Source: an uncultured Lentimicrobiaceae bacterium (GTDB lineage: Bacteria > Bacteroidota > Bacteroidia > Bacteroidales > JAGONC01). From it: a stretch of 64,000 nt of DNA. This document shows, piece by piece, positions 39,224 through 48,704 of this stretch. The stretch is from the NCBI GenBank assembly GCA_964628285.1, contig CAZVNP010000001.1:7456-71455 (forward strand), in the 5' to 3' direction. The translations under genes were made by a program, and so were the position numbers. The notes beneath the pieces were generated by a model. It was not told the DNA's origin and searched no databases. It saw only the letters and a list, made by a program, of their open reading frames with translations. Numbering within the stretch: the stretch's first letter is position 1; the number at the start of each line of letters is the position of its first letter.

Positions 39224-41002
39224 TTAGTCTTCGGAGAAATATTGCAGTCTCTTGCGGTAGTCCGAGAACACATTGGCTCGCGAAACGAAGCCTATGTATT
39301 TGCCTTCTTTCAGAACAGGTAAAACATACCGGCCCGACTGATAGAATTTTTGTGCCACTTCCTCCATCGAATCCTCTATGTTGACAAAAACAGGAGGGTA
39401 AAACATCAGATCCAGAACAAAAGTGGTGTCATAAAGCTCGGGCCGGAACATGATTTTCCGTATATCATCCAGAACGACCATGCCGCAGAAAATGCCATCC
39501 TTATCGATGACAGGGAAAATATTCCTGGTTGAATTCGATACTGCTTTCACCAGGTCGCCAAGTGTGTCACCGGGTTTAACGGTGATGAAATTGGTTTCAA
39601 GCAGCTTGTTAATATTCATCATCTTCAGGACGGTTTTGTCCTTGTTGAGGGTAACCAGTTCACCCTTCTCAGCCAGCTGATAAGTATACACAGAATTGGG
39701 GATGACCAGTTTTGTGGTGATGTATGACAGGGTGCAGGTGATCATCAGCGGTATAAAAAGTCCGTAACCGCCGGTTAGTTCTGCCACGAGAAATATGCCG
39801 GTGAGGGGTGCCAGCAGCACGCCGGAGATCAGCCCTCCCATGCAGACCATGGCAAAATTCGCCTCAGGGACCGTTCCGATATGAAGTATATTGATGAGCT
39901 TCCCTGAAAACAATCCGGCAAAGACCCCCGTGAAAAGGGTTGGGGCAAAGATGCCACCGATGCCTCCCGATCCAAAGGTAACCGACGTGGCAATGCTTTT
40001 AAGTAAAATAACCAGGATCATCACCAGGAAAAGAACATATATGTTATCCTTGAAAGGCGCGAACACGCTGTTTTGGAAAAGTATCCAGGGATCGTTATGC
40101 AAGGCTGTGTTGATGGGTTGGTACCCCTCACCATACAGAGCCGGGAAGAAAAATATCAGTAATCCCAATATGACCCCTCCTGTTATGATTTTATAGTGCC
40201 ATTTTTTAATTCTCTTGAATCTTTGTTCGATAAAGATATAAGTTTTGGTAAAATATATCGAAGTCAATCCGGCAATAACTCCGAGAATGATGTAATAGGG
40301 GAAATCGACGAGGTCGAATTTGTGTGTGATCTCGAAAGGATACAATACGGCCTGGCCAAGGAAGAAATAGGATACCAGCACGGCTGTTGCCGAGGCTATG
40401 AGCAACGGTATGATGGATGACAGGGTCAGGTCGATGGACAACACTTCGACGGAAAAAATGATAGCTGCGATAGGGGCTTTGAAAATAGCCGAGAGAGAAG
40501 CTGAGCAGGTCAGACCCAGCAGCAGTATGACATAACGGTATTTCAGCCGTAACACCCGCGCTATATTTGATCCCCAGGCCGCTCCCGTGGCCAGTGTAGG
40601 TCCTTCCAGCCCTACGGAACCCCCGAAGCCCACGGTTAAAACACTCGTTACTACCGATGAGAAGGTGTTGTGTGGTTTCATGATGCCGTCCTGTTTCGAA
40701 ATGGCATATAACACGCTGGGGATACCATGCCCCACATGATCCCTTAAGATATACCTGATAAAGAGCACGGCCAGCAGGATCCCAAGGGCAGGGAAGATCA
40801 GATAAAGAAACTGGTAGTCTTCCTGTATAAAATAACGGTGCAGAAAAGCACTCAGGTAACGGACCCCATTTTTAATGACCACGGCACTCATGCCGCCTAT
40901 GATACCCACAACCACGCTCAGGATGGTGATCAAAACCCTGTCGCTTAGGTGCTTCAGACGCCAAACCAGAAACCTGCTCAATAATGACCGTTTGCTTTCC
41001 AT
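39224..41002 (-). CDS. ClC-family voltage-gated chloride channel with a C-terminal CBS pair
   Basis: GSVGLEGP, GGIGGIFAP and multiple TM helices. The C-terminus carries tandem CBS-like segments. Confidence 0.92.
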   Translation of the reverse strand: MESKRSLLSRFLVWRLKHLSDRVLITILSVVVGIIGGMSAVVIKNGVRYLSAFLHRYFIQEDYQFLYLIFPALGILLAVLFIRYILRDHVGHGIPSVLYAISKQDGIMKPHNTFSSVVTSVLTVGFGGSVGLEGPTLATGAAWGSNIARVLRLKYRYVILLLGLTCSASLSAIFKAPIAAIIFSVEVLSIDLTLSSIIPLLIASATAVLVSYFFLGQAVLYPFEITHKFDLVDFPYYIILGVIAGLTSIYFTKTYIFIEQRFKRIKKWHYKIITGGVILGLLIFFFPALYGEGYQPINTALHNDPWILFQNSVFAPFKDNIYVLFLVMILVILLKSIATSVTFGSGGIGGIFAPTLFTGVFAGLFSGKLINILHIGTVPEANFAMVCMGGLISGVLLAPLTGIFLVAELTGGYGLFIPLMITCTLSYITTKLVIPNSVYTYQLAEKGELVTLNKDKTVLKMMNINKLLETNFITVKPGDTLGDLVKAVSNSTRNIFPVIDKDGIFCGMVVLDDIRKIMFRPELYDTTFVLDLMFYPPVFVNIEDSMEEVAQKFYQSGRYVLPVLKEGKYIGFVSRANVFSDYRKRLQYFSED

Positions 41003-41244
41003 TTATGATGTTATGGACGTGCTAAAATAGCTGAATTTTTACTGAAATCGTAAATTATGACTTACGCCAAATCAAAAAGAATTTTACCGTTATAAATGAA
41101 TATCAGGTACTTTTTTCATTCCCGTCTGGTGTCACTTACATCTATCTGTTACAACAATCTTCCGGTCTTTATTTCAAAGCCGGTGTTTGTGATTTTCGTA
41201 AAAAATGAGTAATTATGCAGCCAAATTTAAACCGGGAGGATGTT

Positions 41245-41826
41245 ATGTTTAAAACCGTCAATTCATTTGCAATGATCGTCATTGCGGTCTTAGCTATTTC
41301 GTGCACTCAAAAAACGGCTCGTGTTAACAACGAGAAAACCGGTCAGCCGGAACAAACCATCCTGACCGTATATGATTTTGATTCCTTGGCACCGCAATAT
41401 GTTAGCAAGGAGATCATCATTCGGGGTGTAGTGGATCATGTGTGCCGCGAAACTGGAAAACGCATGTTCCTCGTTCAGGGCGACTCCAACTTAAGGGTGA
41501 AAGTCACCACAGGCGATAAAATCCCGTCGTTTGATGTCGCACTTGAAGGCAGTGAAGTGATGGTCAAAGGTACCGTTGAGGAGCTGATGGTGGATGAAGC
41601 CTATTTGTCACAATGGGAGGATGAAATCAACCAGCAATTGTCAAAGGAACAGAAAGATGTTCAGCAGGGCCAGCACAAGGGTTTGGGCGAAAAAGCCGAC
41701 CAGGGTACCCACGAAGATCCATTTGCCATGATCAGGCAATACAGGGAAAGAATAGCTCAAAGCGGTACAGATCATATTTCCTTTTATTCAGTGGCATGCA
41801 ATGAATTCCAAGAAATTAAGAAATAG
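41245..41826 (+). CDS. Hypothetical lipoprotein
   Basis: Signal peptide and lipobox (LAISC) when started at the ATG at 41245. I recognise no domain. Its stop is 2 nt before the next gene. Confidence 0.6.
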   Translation: MFKTVNSFAMIVIAVLAISCTQKTARVNNEKTGQPEQTILTVYDFDSLAPQYVSKEIIIRGVVDHVCRETGKRMFLVQGDSNLRVKVTTGDKIPSFDVALEGSEVMVKGTVEELMVDEAYLSQWEDEINQQLSKEQKDVQQGQHKGLGEKADQGTHEDPFAMIRQYRERIAQSGTDHISFYSVACNEFQEIKK

Positions 41827-41828
41827 CC

Positions 41829-42389
41829 ATGATCACATTCAAATGGCGGAAGTGGAATAGGGTCACGCACAGGGATTTTGGATATTTTTTTTTCGGCATG
41901 ACCATCATTTATGGATTGTCAGGTGTGGCACTGAATCACGTTAAAGACTGGAATCCCAATTATATTATTCATACCGAGCAGTTTAAAGTTGACCTGCCTG
42001 CTGATATCTATTCACTCAACGACCGCCAGATAGCGTCACTTCTTGACAAGATAGGGGAAGAAAACAATTATAAAAAGCACTATTTCCCTGATAGTAATAC
42101 AATAAAGATTTTCCTTAACGGGGGATCGGCAACGATCAACCTTCTGACGGGACAAGGAGTCGTTGAGAAAATCAGGCGAAGGCCCGTTTTTAATCAGGTT
42201 GATTATCTGCATTACAATCCGGGCGGATGGTGGAAATACTTTTCGGATATTTATGCCGTTGCCCTCATGATCCTGGCCGTCACTGGTTTGTTTATCCTAA
42301 AGGGAAAAAATGGCATCACCAACAGGGGAGCGTGGCTGACCATTGCCGGGATTATCATCCCGTTGATATTGTTTTTTATTTATTCCTGA
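41829..42389 (+). CDS. PepSY-associated TM-helix family membrane protein
   Basis: HRDFGYFFFGMTIIYGLSGVALNH near the N-terminus, with two further TM helices near the C-terminus. Confidence 0.72.
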   Translation: MITFKWRKWNRVTHRDFGYFFFGMTIIYGLSGVALNHVKDWNPNYIIHTEQFKVDLPADIYSLNDRQIASLLDKIGEENNYKKHYFPDSNTIKIFLNGGSATINLLTGQGVVEKIRRRPVFNQVDYLHYNPGGWWKYFSDIYAVALMILAVTGLFILKGKNGITNRGAWLTIAGIIIPLILFFIYS

Positions 42390-43771
42390 TCACGGGATTG
42401 TGAGGTGAAAACCTCCCTGACAGCATCTTCAATGCGGCTGCAGGGGATGATATCAATCGTATATTTCTTCTTATCAAATCCCTTAAGGTTATATTTCGAT
42501 ACAAGTATTTTTTTGTATCCGAGTTTTTCTGCTTCCGATATCCTCAGTTCGATGCGGTTCACCGCTCTGACTTCACCCGAAAGGCCTATCTCGCCGGCGA
42601 AGCATATCTTTTGTCCCACGGGCTTATCAGCGTTCGATGACAGGATAGAGATGATAACGGCCAGATCGATGGCGGGATCGTCGACCTGTATGCCACCGGC
42701 TATATTCAGAAACACGTCTTTTATACCAAGTCTGAATCCGCTTTTCTTTTCCAACACGGCCAGCAGCATGTTCAGTCTTCTTTGGTCGAAGCCTGTTGTA
42801 GCGCGCTGTGGCGTGCCATAGGCCGCAGTGCTCACCAATGCCTGTATCTCAATGAGCATAGGCCTCACGCCCTCAATGGTGGCCGCAATGGCAATGCCGC
42901 TGAGAGCCTCATCACGATGCGAAATCAGTATTTCGGAAGGATCGTGAACCTCGCGCAGGCCATCGTCGTGCATCTCATAAATACCCAATTCAGATGTGGA
43001 ACCATAGCGGTTCTTAATGGCCCTGAGAATGCGGAACATGTAATTCTGATCGCCTTCAAACTGAAGAACCGTGTCGACCATGTGTTCCAGTATCTTGGGC
43101 CCGGCCAGCAGCCCTTCTTTATTGACATGGCCTATCAGGATCACCGGACGGCCGCTGGCTTTGGCAAACTGCTGGAGCTCCAGTGCGCACTCGCGTATCT
43201 GTGATACGCTTCCGGCCGAGGAGTCGATGATATCGGTATGCAGGGTCTGTATGGAATCGATGATAACCAGGTCGGGCACAACGGCTCCGATATGTTTGAA
43301 AATCTCTGTCAGGGAAGTTTCATTAAGCACATAACATTCCGTGTTATCCATGCCAAGACGTTGGGCACGGGAACGTATTTGCTGGCTGCTTTCCTCGCCT
43401 GTAATATAGAGCACCTTCTTGTCTTTCATTTTGAGGCCCACCTGTAACATCAGCGTGGACTTGCCTATGCCCGGTTCGCCTCCGATTAAAACCAGTGATC
43501 CCGGCACCAGCCCGCCGCCCAGCACACGGTTGAACTCCTGATCACAGGTGTTCATGCGGTCTGTTTCATCCCATGTGATGGCCGTAATGGATTGAGGATG
43601 ATCAGGCCGCCGTGACAGTGGTGTTTCGGTTATAGTTCCTGCGGGCTCCTCCCGTTTGATGACCTCTTCAACGAATGTATTCCATTCACCACATGAAGGG
43701 CATTTTCCAATCCACTGGGGCGACTGGGCACCACAGTTCTGGCAGAAATAGGCTGTCTTGACCTTACCCAT
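42380..43771 (-). CDS. radA: DNA repair protein RadA/Sms
   Basis: N-terminal zinc ribbon (CQNCGAQSPQWIGKCPSCGEWNTF), Walker A (GGEPGIGKST), the KNRYG motif and a Lon-like C-terminal domain. Confidence 0.95.
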   Translation of the reverse strand: MGKVKTAYFCQNCGAQSPQWIGKCPSCGEWNTFVEEVIKREEPAGTITETPLSRRPDHPQSITAITWDETDRMNTCDQEFNRVLGGGLVPGSLVLIGGEPGIGKSTLMLQVGLKMKDKKVLYITGEESSQQIRSRAQRLGMDNTECYVLNETSLTEIFKHIGAVVPDLVIIDSIQTLHTDIIDSSAGSVSQIRECALELQQFAKASGRPVILIGHVNKEGLLAGPKILEHMVDTVLQFEGDQNYMFRILRAIKNRYGSTSELGIYEMHDDGLREVHDPSEILISHRDEALSGIAIAATIEGVRPMLIEIQALVSTAAYGTPQRATTGFDQRRLNMLLAVLEKKSGFRLGIKDVFLNIAGGIQVDDPAIDLAVIISILSSNADKPVGQKICFAGEIGLSGEVRAVNRIELRISEAEKLGYKKILVSKYNLKGFDKKKYTIDIIPCSRIEDAVREVFTSQSRDQE

Positions 43772-44261
43772 GCATCTCTTTTATTTTAGTGTATAGCGAG
43801 GTTGTGGAATAACCCGGCAACAGATCGATCACAATGATCTGACCACCTCTGGCCCGCACAATATCGTTACCGACGATGTCATCCGCCTGATAGTCCCCTC
43901 CTTTCACCAGAATATCCGGCTGTACCCTTTGGATGAGTCGGTAAGGCGTGTCTTCATCAAACAAAATGACTGCATCGACAAAATACAGTGAGGCTAACAG
44001 TAAAGCCCTGTCGTGTTCATTATTAACCGGCCGGCCAATTCCTTTAAGACGCTGCACGGAAGCGTCGGTGTTCAGACCGACGATCAGAACCGAACCCAGA
44101 TCGGCGGCCCTGGCCAGATATTCAATGTGTCCGCGGTGCAGGATGTCAAAGCAGCCGTTGGTGAATACCAGCCGTTCCTTTTTAAAACGCCACACGGCCA
44201 GTTGCCGTTCCAGAGCCTCTACCCCCGGCATTTTTAAAGTGATAATCTCAAGCTTTGTCAT
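43764..44261 (-). CDS. RfaE domain II-like cytidylyltransferase (heptose-1-phosphate adenylyltransferase family)
   Basis: 165 aa with FTNGCFDILHRGHIEYL, the HxGH nucleotidyltransferase motif. It overlaps radA by 8 nt. Confidence 0.85.
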   Translation of the reverse strand: MTKLEIITLKMPGVEALERQLAVWRFKKERLVFTNGCFDILHRGHIEYLARAADLGSVLIVGLNTDASVQRLKGIGRPVNNEHDRALLLASLYFVDAVILFDEDTPYRLIQRVQPDILVKGGDYQADDIVGNDIVRARGGQIIVIDLLPGYSTTSLYTKIKEMHG

Positions 44262-45264
44262 TGTTTTTTTTGTTTATTACGGGTAATAAAGCCAGTGAGA
44301 CCAAGCCTGCCGCGATGATTATCAGGGTTTGTCCGGTCCATAATAACCACCCCATGGCATATCCTTTTGTCTTGGATATGCCGTAAATCAACAAAGTTTC
44401 AGCCACGATGGCAGGATATATTCCGATCCCCCCCTGTATGATGATGATACCGATGCTGGCAAAAATGAATACGGCAAATCCGGCAATCAACGACAGGGAC
44501 CGTGTTTCGGGTAAACACCAGAAAACAACATAGGTCATCACAAAATAGAGCAGCCAGATAATGATCGAGAGAAAGATGAACAATCCGGGTTTTTTTATCT
44601 TCGCCAGCGATTTCAACCCTTCCAGGAATCCCAGAAATATCTCCCTGATTTTTATATATATTTTAGTGTGCGAAAGTCTTTTCCTGAAAACCACCATGAA
44701 GGCAATGAGCAGAATCACAAAGGTGGCAAGGATGATCAAAAGGTAATGATGAACCACCGGATTATTGAATTTTTCGGCCAAAGGTCCGTAAATTTCCTTG
44801 TGAACATAACTGTTCAGTTTTTTAAACTGCAGGGCCAGGTTCAGAAAGAAAAGAATGAGGAAAGTTACCAAATCGAGGGCCCGTTCGGTCACCACCGTGC
44901 CGAAGGATTTCTGAAAAGGTATTTTCTCGTACCTGGTCAGCACACCACACCGGCTGATCTCGCCCAGACGCGGCAGGGCCAGGTTGGCGAAATATCCGAT
45001 AAAGACTGAAAAGAAAACGTTGATAAACCTGGGATTATATCCCAGAGGTTCCATCAATATCTTCCAGCGCCAGGTACGGCTGATGTGACTGAGAATCCCC
45101 AGAACCACTGACAGGACAATCCAGATATAGTCGGCCTGATGAAAGGATTCCATAATTCCTTTTTTATCCGCGACGGTGAGGTTTCGCATGAATAACCAGA
45201 TGAAAAATATTCCAATGCTGAGGAAAAAAAGGAATTTTCCAACCGAAATGAGGGCCTGTTTCAA
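44248..45264 (-). CDS. UPF0104 / lysylphosphatidylglycerol-synthase TM-region family (flippase-like) membrane protein
   Basis: 338 aa with about 8 TM helices. RTWRWKILM and ANLALPRLGEISR are typical of the family. Confidence 0.78.
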   Translation of the reverse strand: MKQALISVGKFLFFLSIGIFFIWLFMRNLTVADKKGIMESFHQADYIWIVLSVVLGILSHISRTWRWKILMEPLGYNPRFINVFFSVFIGYFANLALPRLGEISRCGVLTRYEKIPFQKSFGTVVTERALDLVTFLILFFLNLALQFKKLNSYVHKEIYGPLAEKFNNPVVHHYLLIILATFVILLIAFMVVFRKRLSHTKIYIKIREIFLGFLEGLKSLAKIKKPGLFIFLSIIIWLLYFVMTYVVFWCLPETRSLSLIAGFAVFIFASIGIIIIQGGIGIYPAIVAETLLIYGISKTKGYAMGWLLWTGQTLIIIAAGLVSLALLPVINKKNNDKA

Positions 45265-45268
45265 TGGG

Positions 45269-45616
45269 TCACTTTAATTTATTCTGATTATCGGGATATA
45301 TGATAGTGGGGGTGAATCGTTTGGCTTCTTCAGTATTCATGGTGGCGTAAGATACGATGATCACAAGATCGCCGGTCATGGCTTTACGCGCGGCAGCACC
45401 ATTGATTAACACCATGCCGGAACCCCTCTTGCCTTTAATGACATAGGTCTCAACACGCTCGCCATTATTTATATTATATATATCCACTTTCTCATTCTCA
45501 ATGATTTGAGCTGCATCCATCAGATCTTCATCAATGGCGATACTGCCTGGATAATGAAGATCGGTACCTGTGACGGTAGCACGGTGTATTTTCGATTTTA
45601 AAAGCTGAATCTGCAT
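45269..45616 (-). CDS. panD: Aspartate 1-decarboxylase proenzyme
   Basis: LKSKIHRATVT..LHYPGSIAIDEDLM, which includes the Gly-Ser self-cleavage site. Confidence 0.95.
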   Translation of the reverse strand: MQIQLLKSKIHRATVTGTDLHYPGSIAIDEDLMDAAQIIENEKVDIYNINNGERVETYVIKGKRGSGMVLINGAAARKAMTGDLVIIVSYATMNTEEAKRFTPTIIYPDNQNKLK

Positions 45617-45628
45617 GTTATGACAAAG

Positions 45629-46474
45629 TTATGAAAATAAAATAATATTATCAATTAATCTGATCTCACCAACATAAACAGCTATGCAAGCTATAATGTT
45701 CTGACTTTCCGACCAACTGTTGACAGGTAACAGGGTATGCATATCGGCAATCTCAAAGTATTCGAGCTTCATAGACTCGGTTTGTTTAAATTGTTTCTCC
45801 ACGTAAGTCTTTAATTCAGGAATTGTGGCATGCCCGGCCCTGGCTTTGATTTCCTGCAATACCCGGTATATGTGCGGGGCCTGCCGGCGCTGTTCAGTGG
45901 TCAGACGCATGTTGCGTGAGCTCATCGCCAGTCCGTCCTTCTCACGGACTGTCGGACAGGCTATGATCTCTACCGGAAGGTCCAGTTGTGTCGTCATGTA
46001 CCGGATAATGACCAGCTGTTGAAAATCTTTCTCACCGAAGTAAGCTGTGTCGGGTTTAATGATATCGAATAATTTCCTGACAACAATGACGACCCCATTG
46101 AAGTGGTCCGGACGATACCTGCCTTCCATGACCTTATCCAGATGGCCCAGATCATATACGGTTGTCACAGGATCAGGATACATCTCATCACTGGAAGGCA
46201 TAAAAAGCATATCACACCCAACTGACCGGAGTTTCTTAATGTCTTCTTCAGGGTCCCTGGGATAATTGACCAGATCTTGCTGATTATTGAATTGGATGGG
46301 GTTCACAAATATGCTGACCACCACGTAATCATTTTCTTTTTTCGCTCTGGCGACAAGTGATAAATGGCCCTCATGCAGGGCCCCCATCGTCGGCACAAAA
46401 CCAATGGATGATCCCTGTCGTGTGACGGATCTGAGATGAGACCGGGCTGCCTCGATGTGTTCAAATATCTTCAT
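45629..46474 (-). CDS. panC: Pantoate-beta-alanine ligase
   Basis: GFVPTMGALHEGHLSL and FGEKDFQQ. The ORF-track start at 46501 adds 9 residues, so I use the ATG at 46474. Confidence 0.93.
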   Translation of the reverse strand: MKIFEHIEAARSHLRSVTRQGSSIGFVPTMGALHEGHLSLVARAKKENDYVVVSIFVNPIQFNNQQDLVNYPRDPEEDIKKLRSVGCDMLFMPSSDEMYPDPVTTVYDLGHLDKVMEGRYRPDHFNGVVIVVRKLFDIIKPDTAYFGEKDFQQLVIIRYMTTQLDLPVEIIACPTVREKDGLAMSSRNMRLTTEQRRQAPHIYRVLQEIKARAGHATIPELKTYVEKQFKQTESMKLEYFEIADMHTLLPVNSWSESQNIIACIAVYVGEIRLIDNIILFS

Positions 46475-46503
46475 CACTGTGAGCTTATGGGATGCCTTCA
46501 CTT

Positions 46504-47031
46504 TTACTGCGACGGTTCCTGTGACTTCTGAATGATATCTAAGAGATCCTTTTCCAGACTTTTAACAGGCGTTTCTATGATCCTCCCGTCTTCCTTACCA
46601 TCTTTGTAAATGATAAAAGTCGGCACACGTTCGATATTCAGCGCTGAAATATCAACCGGCCCGGCTTTTTTAGAACGGTTGACGGCAATCAGGGTTATTC
46701 TGCCATCCTTAACTACAAGCTCATCAAGGATTTTATAAAACCTTGGCACCTGTTCCCGACTGTCGGAACACCATGTACCCATGACTATGGTGAAAGTATA
46801 TGGATGAATGTATCCGTCAAGCTCATGGATGATGACGCTATCAGGCCTGTAAGCAGAGTATTCCTTTGTATAATAGGGAGCAAATTCACCTGTCTGCAAA
46901 GCCTCACGGGTAGCATATCCCACCAGAACTTGCCGGTGAAGAACCGTATCCATAACCGTTATGTTTAACCCCTGACCATAAAGGAAATTTAGTGAACTGA
47001 TGAGAATCAAAATAGGAAATAGTTGTTTCAT
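46504..47031 (-). CDS. Secreted thioredoxin-fold protein with a monothiol WCxxS motif
   Basis: Signal peptide and a thioredoxin-like core (IVMGTWCSDSREQVPRF..VPTFIIY). Confidence 0.72.
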   Translation of the reverse strand: MKQLFPILILISSLNFLYGQGLNITVMDTVLHRQVLVGYATREALQTGEFAPYYTKEYSAYRPDSVIIHELDGYIHPYTFTIVMGTWCSDSREQVPRFYKILDELVVKDGRITLIAVNRSKKAGPVDISALNIERVPTFIIYKDGKEDGRIIETPVKSLEKDLLDIIQKSQEPSQ

Positions 47032-47091
47032 ACGTTAATCCGTGATGAGTAAGGGTGCAAAGTTAGAATAAAATGAGAAAAATGCCTTTAT

Positions 47092-47126
47092 TCTTGAAAA
47101 AGAAAAGGACTGCTGCTGCAGTCCTT
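47092..47126 (-). terminator. Rho-independent terminator of the small repeat-protein gene
   Basis: AAGGACTGC (47105-47113), loop TGCT, GCAGTCCTT (47118-47126). On the minus strand it is followed by TTTCTTTTTC. Confidence 0.6.
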
Positions 47127-47185
47127 AAACCAAACTAACCTAAATCGAAATTATGAGACGATAAGGGGTGGCGTTTGAAATCAGT

Positions 47186-47503
47186 TTAACGGCGATAGGA
47201 TTGGCCACATTTGTATACCGTATCTTCGCATTTAACCAGGTTATTATGAAGGGTGGCTTCTCTGCAAACCTGTTCCGTGTTGAAAGGGATATCGTCAATG
47301 TAAGCCTCATCTTTCAGCTTGAATTCTTTGAGTTGAGCCTGTAACAGGGCTTGTTTGGCAATTTCTTCAGTATTGAAGGGGATATCATCGATATACGCTT
47401 CGTCCTTTAACACAATCTTAACAGGATCATTATCGGCGTATGAAACATTAAAAAATATCAGACCTGCGAAAACGAGGGTTAAAATAATTGTCATTGTTTT
47501 CAT
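47186..47503 (-). CDS. Small secreted protein with an internal duplicated 15-aa motif LKDEAYIDDIPFNTE
   Basis: 105 aa with a signal peptide (..NVSYA). The motif occurs at residues 32-46 and 63-77. The gene has its own terminator. Confidence 0.7.
   Translation of the reverse strand: MKTMTIILTLVFAGLIFFNVSYADNDPVKIVLKDEAYIDDIPFNTEEIAKQALLQAQLKEFKLKDEAYIDDIPFNTEQVCREATLHNNLVKCEDTVYKCGQSYRR
47273..47410 (-). repeat. Two 45-nt coding repeats with identical peptides and diverged DNA
   Basis: 47366-47410 and 47273-47317 both encode LKDEAYIDDIPFNTE. They differ at 12 of 45 nt, and every difference is synonymous. Confidence 0.9.
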
Positions 47504-47703
47504 GGCGCGGAGTATTAATATGCACCCTGATGTGCCAAATTTGTGCCAAACTTAGTAACAATAAGATAATCAGTTATTTAAAGTCAATTTTATTGTTCAG
47601 ATTGCTGCTTTTTGGTGTTCATTTTTACATTACTTTGTACAGAAGCGAACAAAAAAATCATGAGCTTGTCAGAATCTGTAGTAATTTTACGAAAAAGGCA
47701 GGT

Positions 47704-48624
47704 ATGACAGTCAAAGATCCGGAATATTTTATCCGAGACCGGTTCCCGGAAGTTCGACAGAGAAACCTGATTCTTGCCACCATTTTGAATTTTTTCATTT
47801 TTATTGGCGAGATTATCGGCGGGGTGATCTCAAACAGCCTTGCACTGATTTCGGACGCAGCACATAACATCAGCGACGCTTTTGCCGTAGCGATTGCTCT
47901 GGTGGCTTACAGGATTGGTAAACGTGATCCGGATCTCAAACGTACTTTCGGGTTCAGGCGGATTGAAATCCTGGCAGCTTTTTTTAATGCCGTTATATTG
48001 ATCGTGATCATCATTTTCCTGTTTTATGAGGCTGTGAAACGTCTGGAAGCACCCCAGCATGTCAGGGGTCCTGTCATGCTGATCGTGGCCTCAGCCGGTT
48101 TCATTGCCAATATGATTGCCGTGCTGCTCTTACGACAGGATAAACAGCATAACCTGAATGTTAAATCGGCATATATACATCTTTTGGGTGATTCGTTGGC
48201 CTCTGTGGCCGTCATTGTTGGCAGCGTGGTGATCATCCGGTTCAAAATCTATTGGATCGACCCCGCCTTAACCATACTGGTTGGCATTTTCATACTCAGG
48301 CAAGCCTATAAAATCATCCGGCAGGCGGTTGATATCTTAATGCAATCCACTCCCGAAAGACTCGACCTGATGGAAGTAAAAAAAGAAATTGAGAAAATCG
48401 ATACGGTATCCAACATACATCATGTTCATGCCTGGACGCTTGATGACAGGCAATTACATTTTGAATGCCACATTGATCTGAAACAGAATTATAAATTAAG
48501 CGAATTGGAACCTGTCAGAAAGCAGATCGAAAAGATGTTACATGAACGTTTTAATATCAGCCATCTGACCATTCAGTTTGAATTCGATGTTTGTCATGAT
48601 AAGGAGATGATTCATCATCCATAG
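47704..48624 (+). CDS. Cation diffusion facilitator (CzcD/ZitB-like) metal efflux transporter
   Basis: SNSLALISDAAHNISD and HLLGD, six TM helices and a C-terminal cytoplasmic domain. The ORF-track start at 47488 is an overlong extension. Confidence 0.92.
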   Translation: MTVKDPEYFIRDRFPEVRQRNLILATILNFFIFIGEIIGGVISNSLALISDAAHNISDAFAVAIALVAYRIGKRDPDLKRTFGFRRIEILAAFFNAVILIVIIIFLFYEAVKRLEAPQHVRGPVMLIVASAGFIANMIAVLLLRQDKQHNLNVKSAYIHLLGDSLASVAVIVGSVVIIRFKIYWIDPALTILVGIFILRQAYKIIRQAVDILMQSTPERLDLMEVKKEIEKIDTVSNIHHVHAWTLDDRQLHFECHIDLKQNYKLSELEPVRKQIEKMLHERFNISHLTIQFEFDVCHDKEMIHHP

Positions 48625-48704
48625 GTGGCAGGATATTCTTATTGGATGAGGACCCAAACGGAATGATTAGTCTGAAGCACTTTGAAACATAAAATTCTAA
48701 GGCC

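Noticed and set aside
47504-47703. Possible metal-sensing (czcD/NiCo-type) riboswitch upstream of the CDF transporter
   Set aside because: The region is AT-rich and lacks the GC-rich paired elements expected for that riboswitch class. Only the short direct repeat, reported separately, stands out.
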